Shown here one piece after another: positions 26,085 through 26,140 of a stretch of DNA of 26,140 nt. The DNA lies in assembly GCA_046759445.1 (NCBI GenBank), contig JBHICG010000047.1, forward strand, positions 1 to 26,140, written 5' to 3'. A model generated the notes under the pieces. The model saw nothing but the letters and a program-made list of their open reading frames with translations. It ran no database searches and was not told the DNA's origin. Positions within the stretch are counted from its first letter, which is position 1. Every line of letters begins with the position of its first letter. This stretch comes from Candidatus Scalinduaceae bacterium (GTDB taxonomy: Bacteria > Planctomycetota > Brocadiia > Brocadiales > Scalinduaceae). The position numbers and the translations under genes were made by a program.

Positions 26085-26140
26085 CACGATAAAGGCAAAC
26101 CCTGAGTAATCTGGGGACGCAAAGTAAAGGGTCTTTAAAA
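26085..26140 (+). ncRNA. c-di-GMP-I (GEMM-I) riboswitch, 3' part outside the window
   Basis: AAAGGCAAACC-CTGA-GTAA-TCTG-GGGACGCAAAG-TAAAGGGTCT matches GGCAAACC..GNRA..GGACGCAAAG..GGUCU. Confidence 0.9.

Overview
AT-rich bacterial chromosomal segment, most likely from an anammox planctomycete (Ca. Brocadiales/Scalindua-like). That assignment is inferred from the GroEL C-terminal tail, the ValRS motif variant, AhbD-type heme synthesis and the repeat types. Bases 1-22.1 kb are mostly housekeeping: a Zn-ribbon/TPR/FGE-fold exported protein, valS, cimA, ahbD, a YqaA/DedA protein, a Memo-AMMECR1 fusion plus a stand-alone AMMECR1, a lipoprotein, a PmtA-like methyltransferase, dacB, a pseudo-receiver, ssrA, smpB, tRNA-Leu(CAG), a solo groEL, hsp20, lon and miaB. 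Bases 22.1-26.1 kb are accessory. A 433-bp unit (sigma70 promoter + multi-hairpin leader + GIY-YIG gene) is directly duplicated around a nucleotidyltransferase/56-aa gene pair and a GxxExxY pseudogene remnant. This is followed by orphan genes, a sigma54/IHF/enhancer promoter and a c-di-GMP-I riboswitch cut by the window edge. Many intergenic regions carry nested palindromic mini-elements. I cannot establish a new system from sequence alone; the best candidate is the small-nuclease/hairpin-element cassette at 22.1-24.1 kb.
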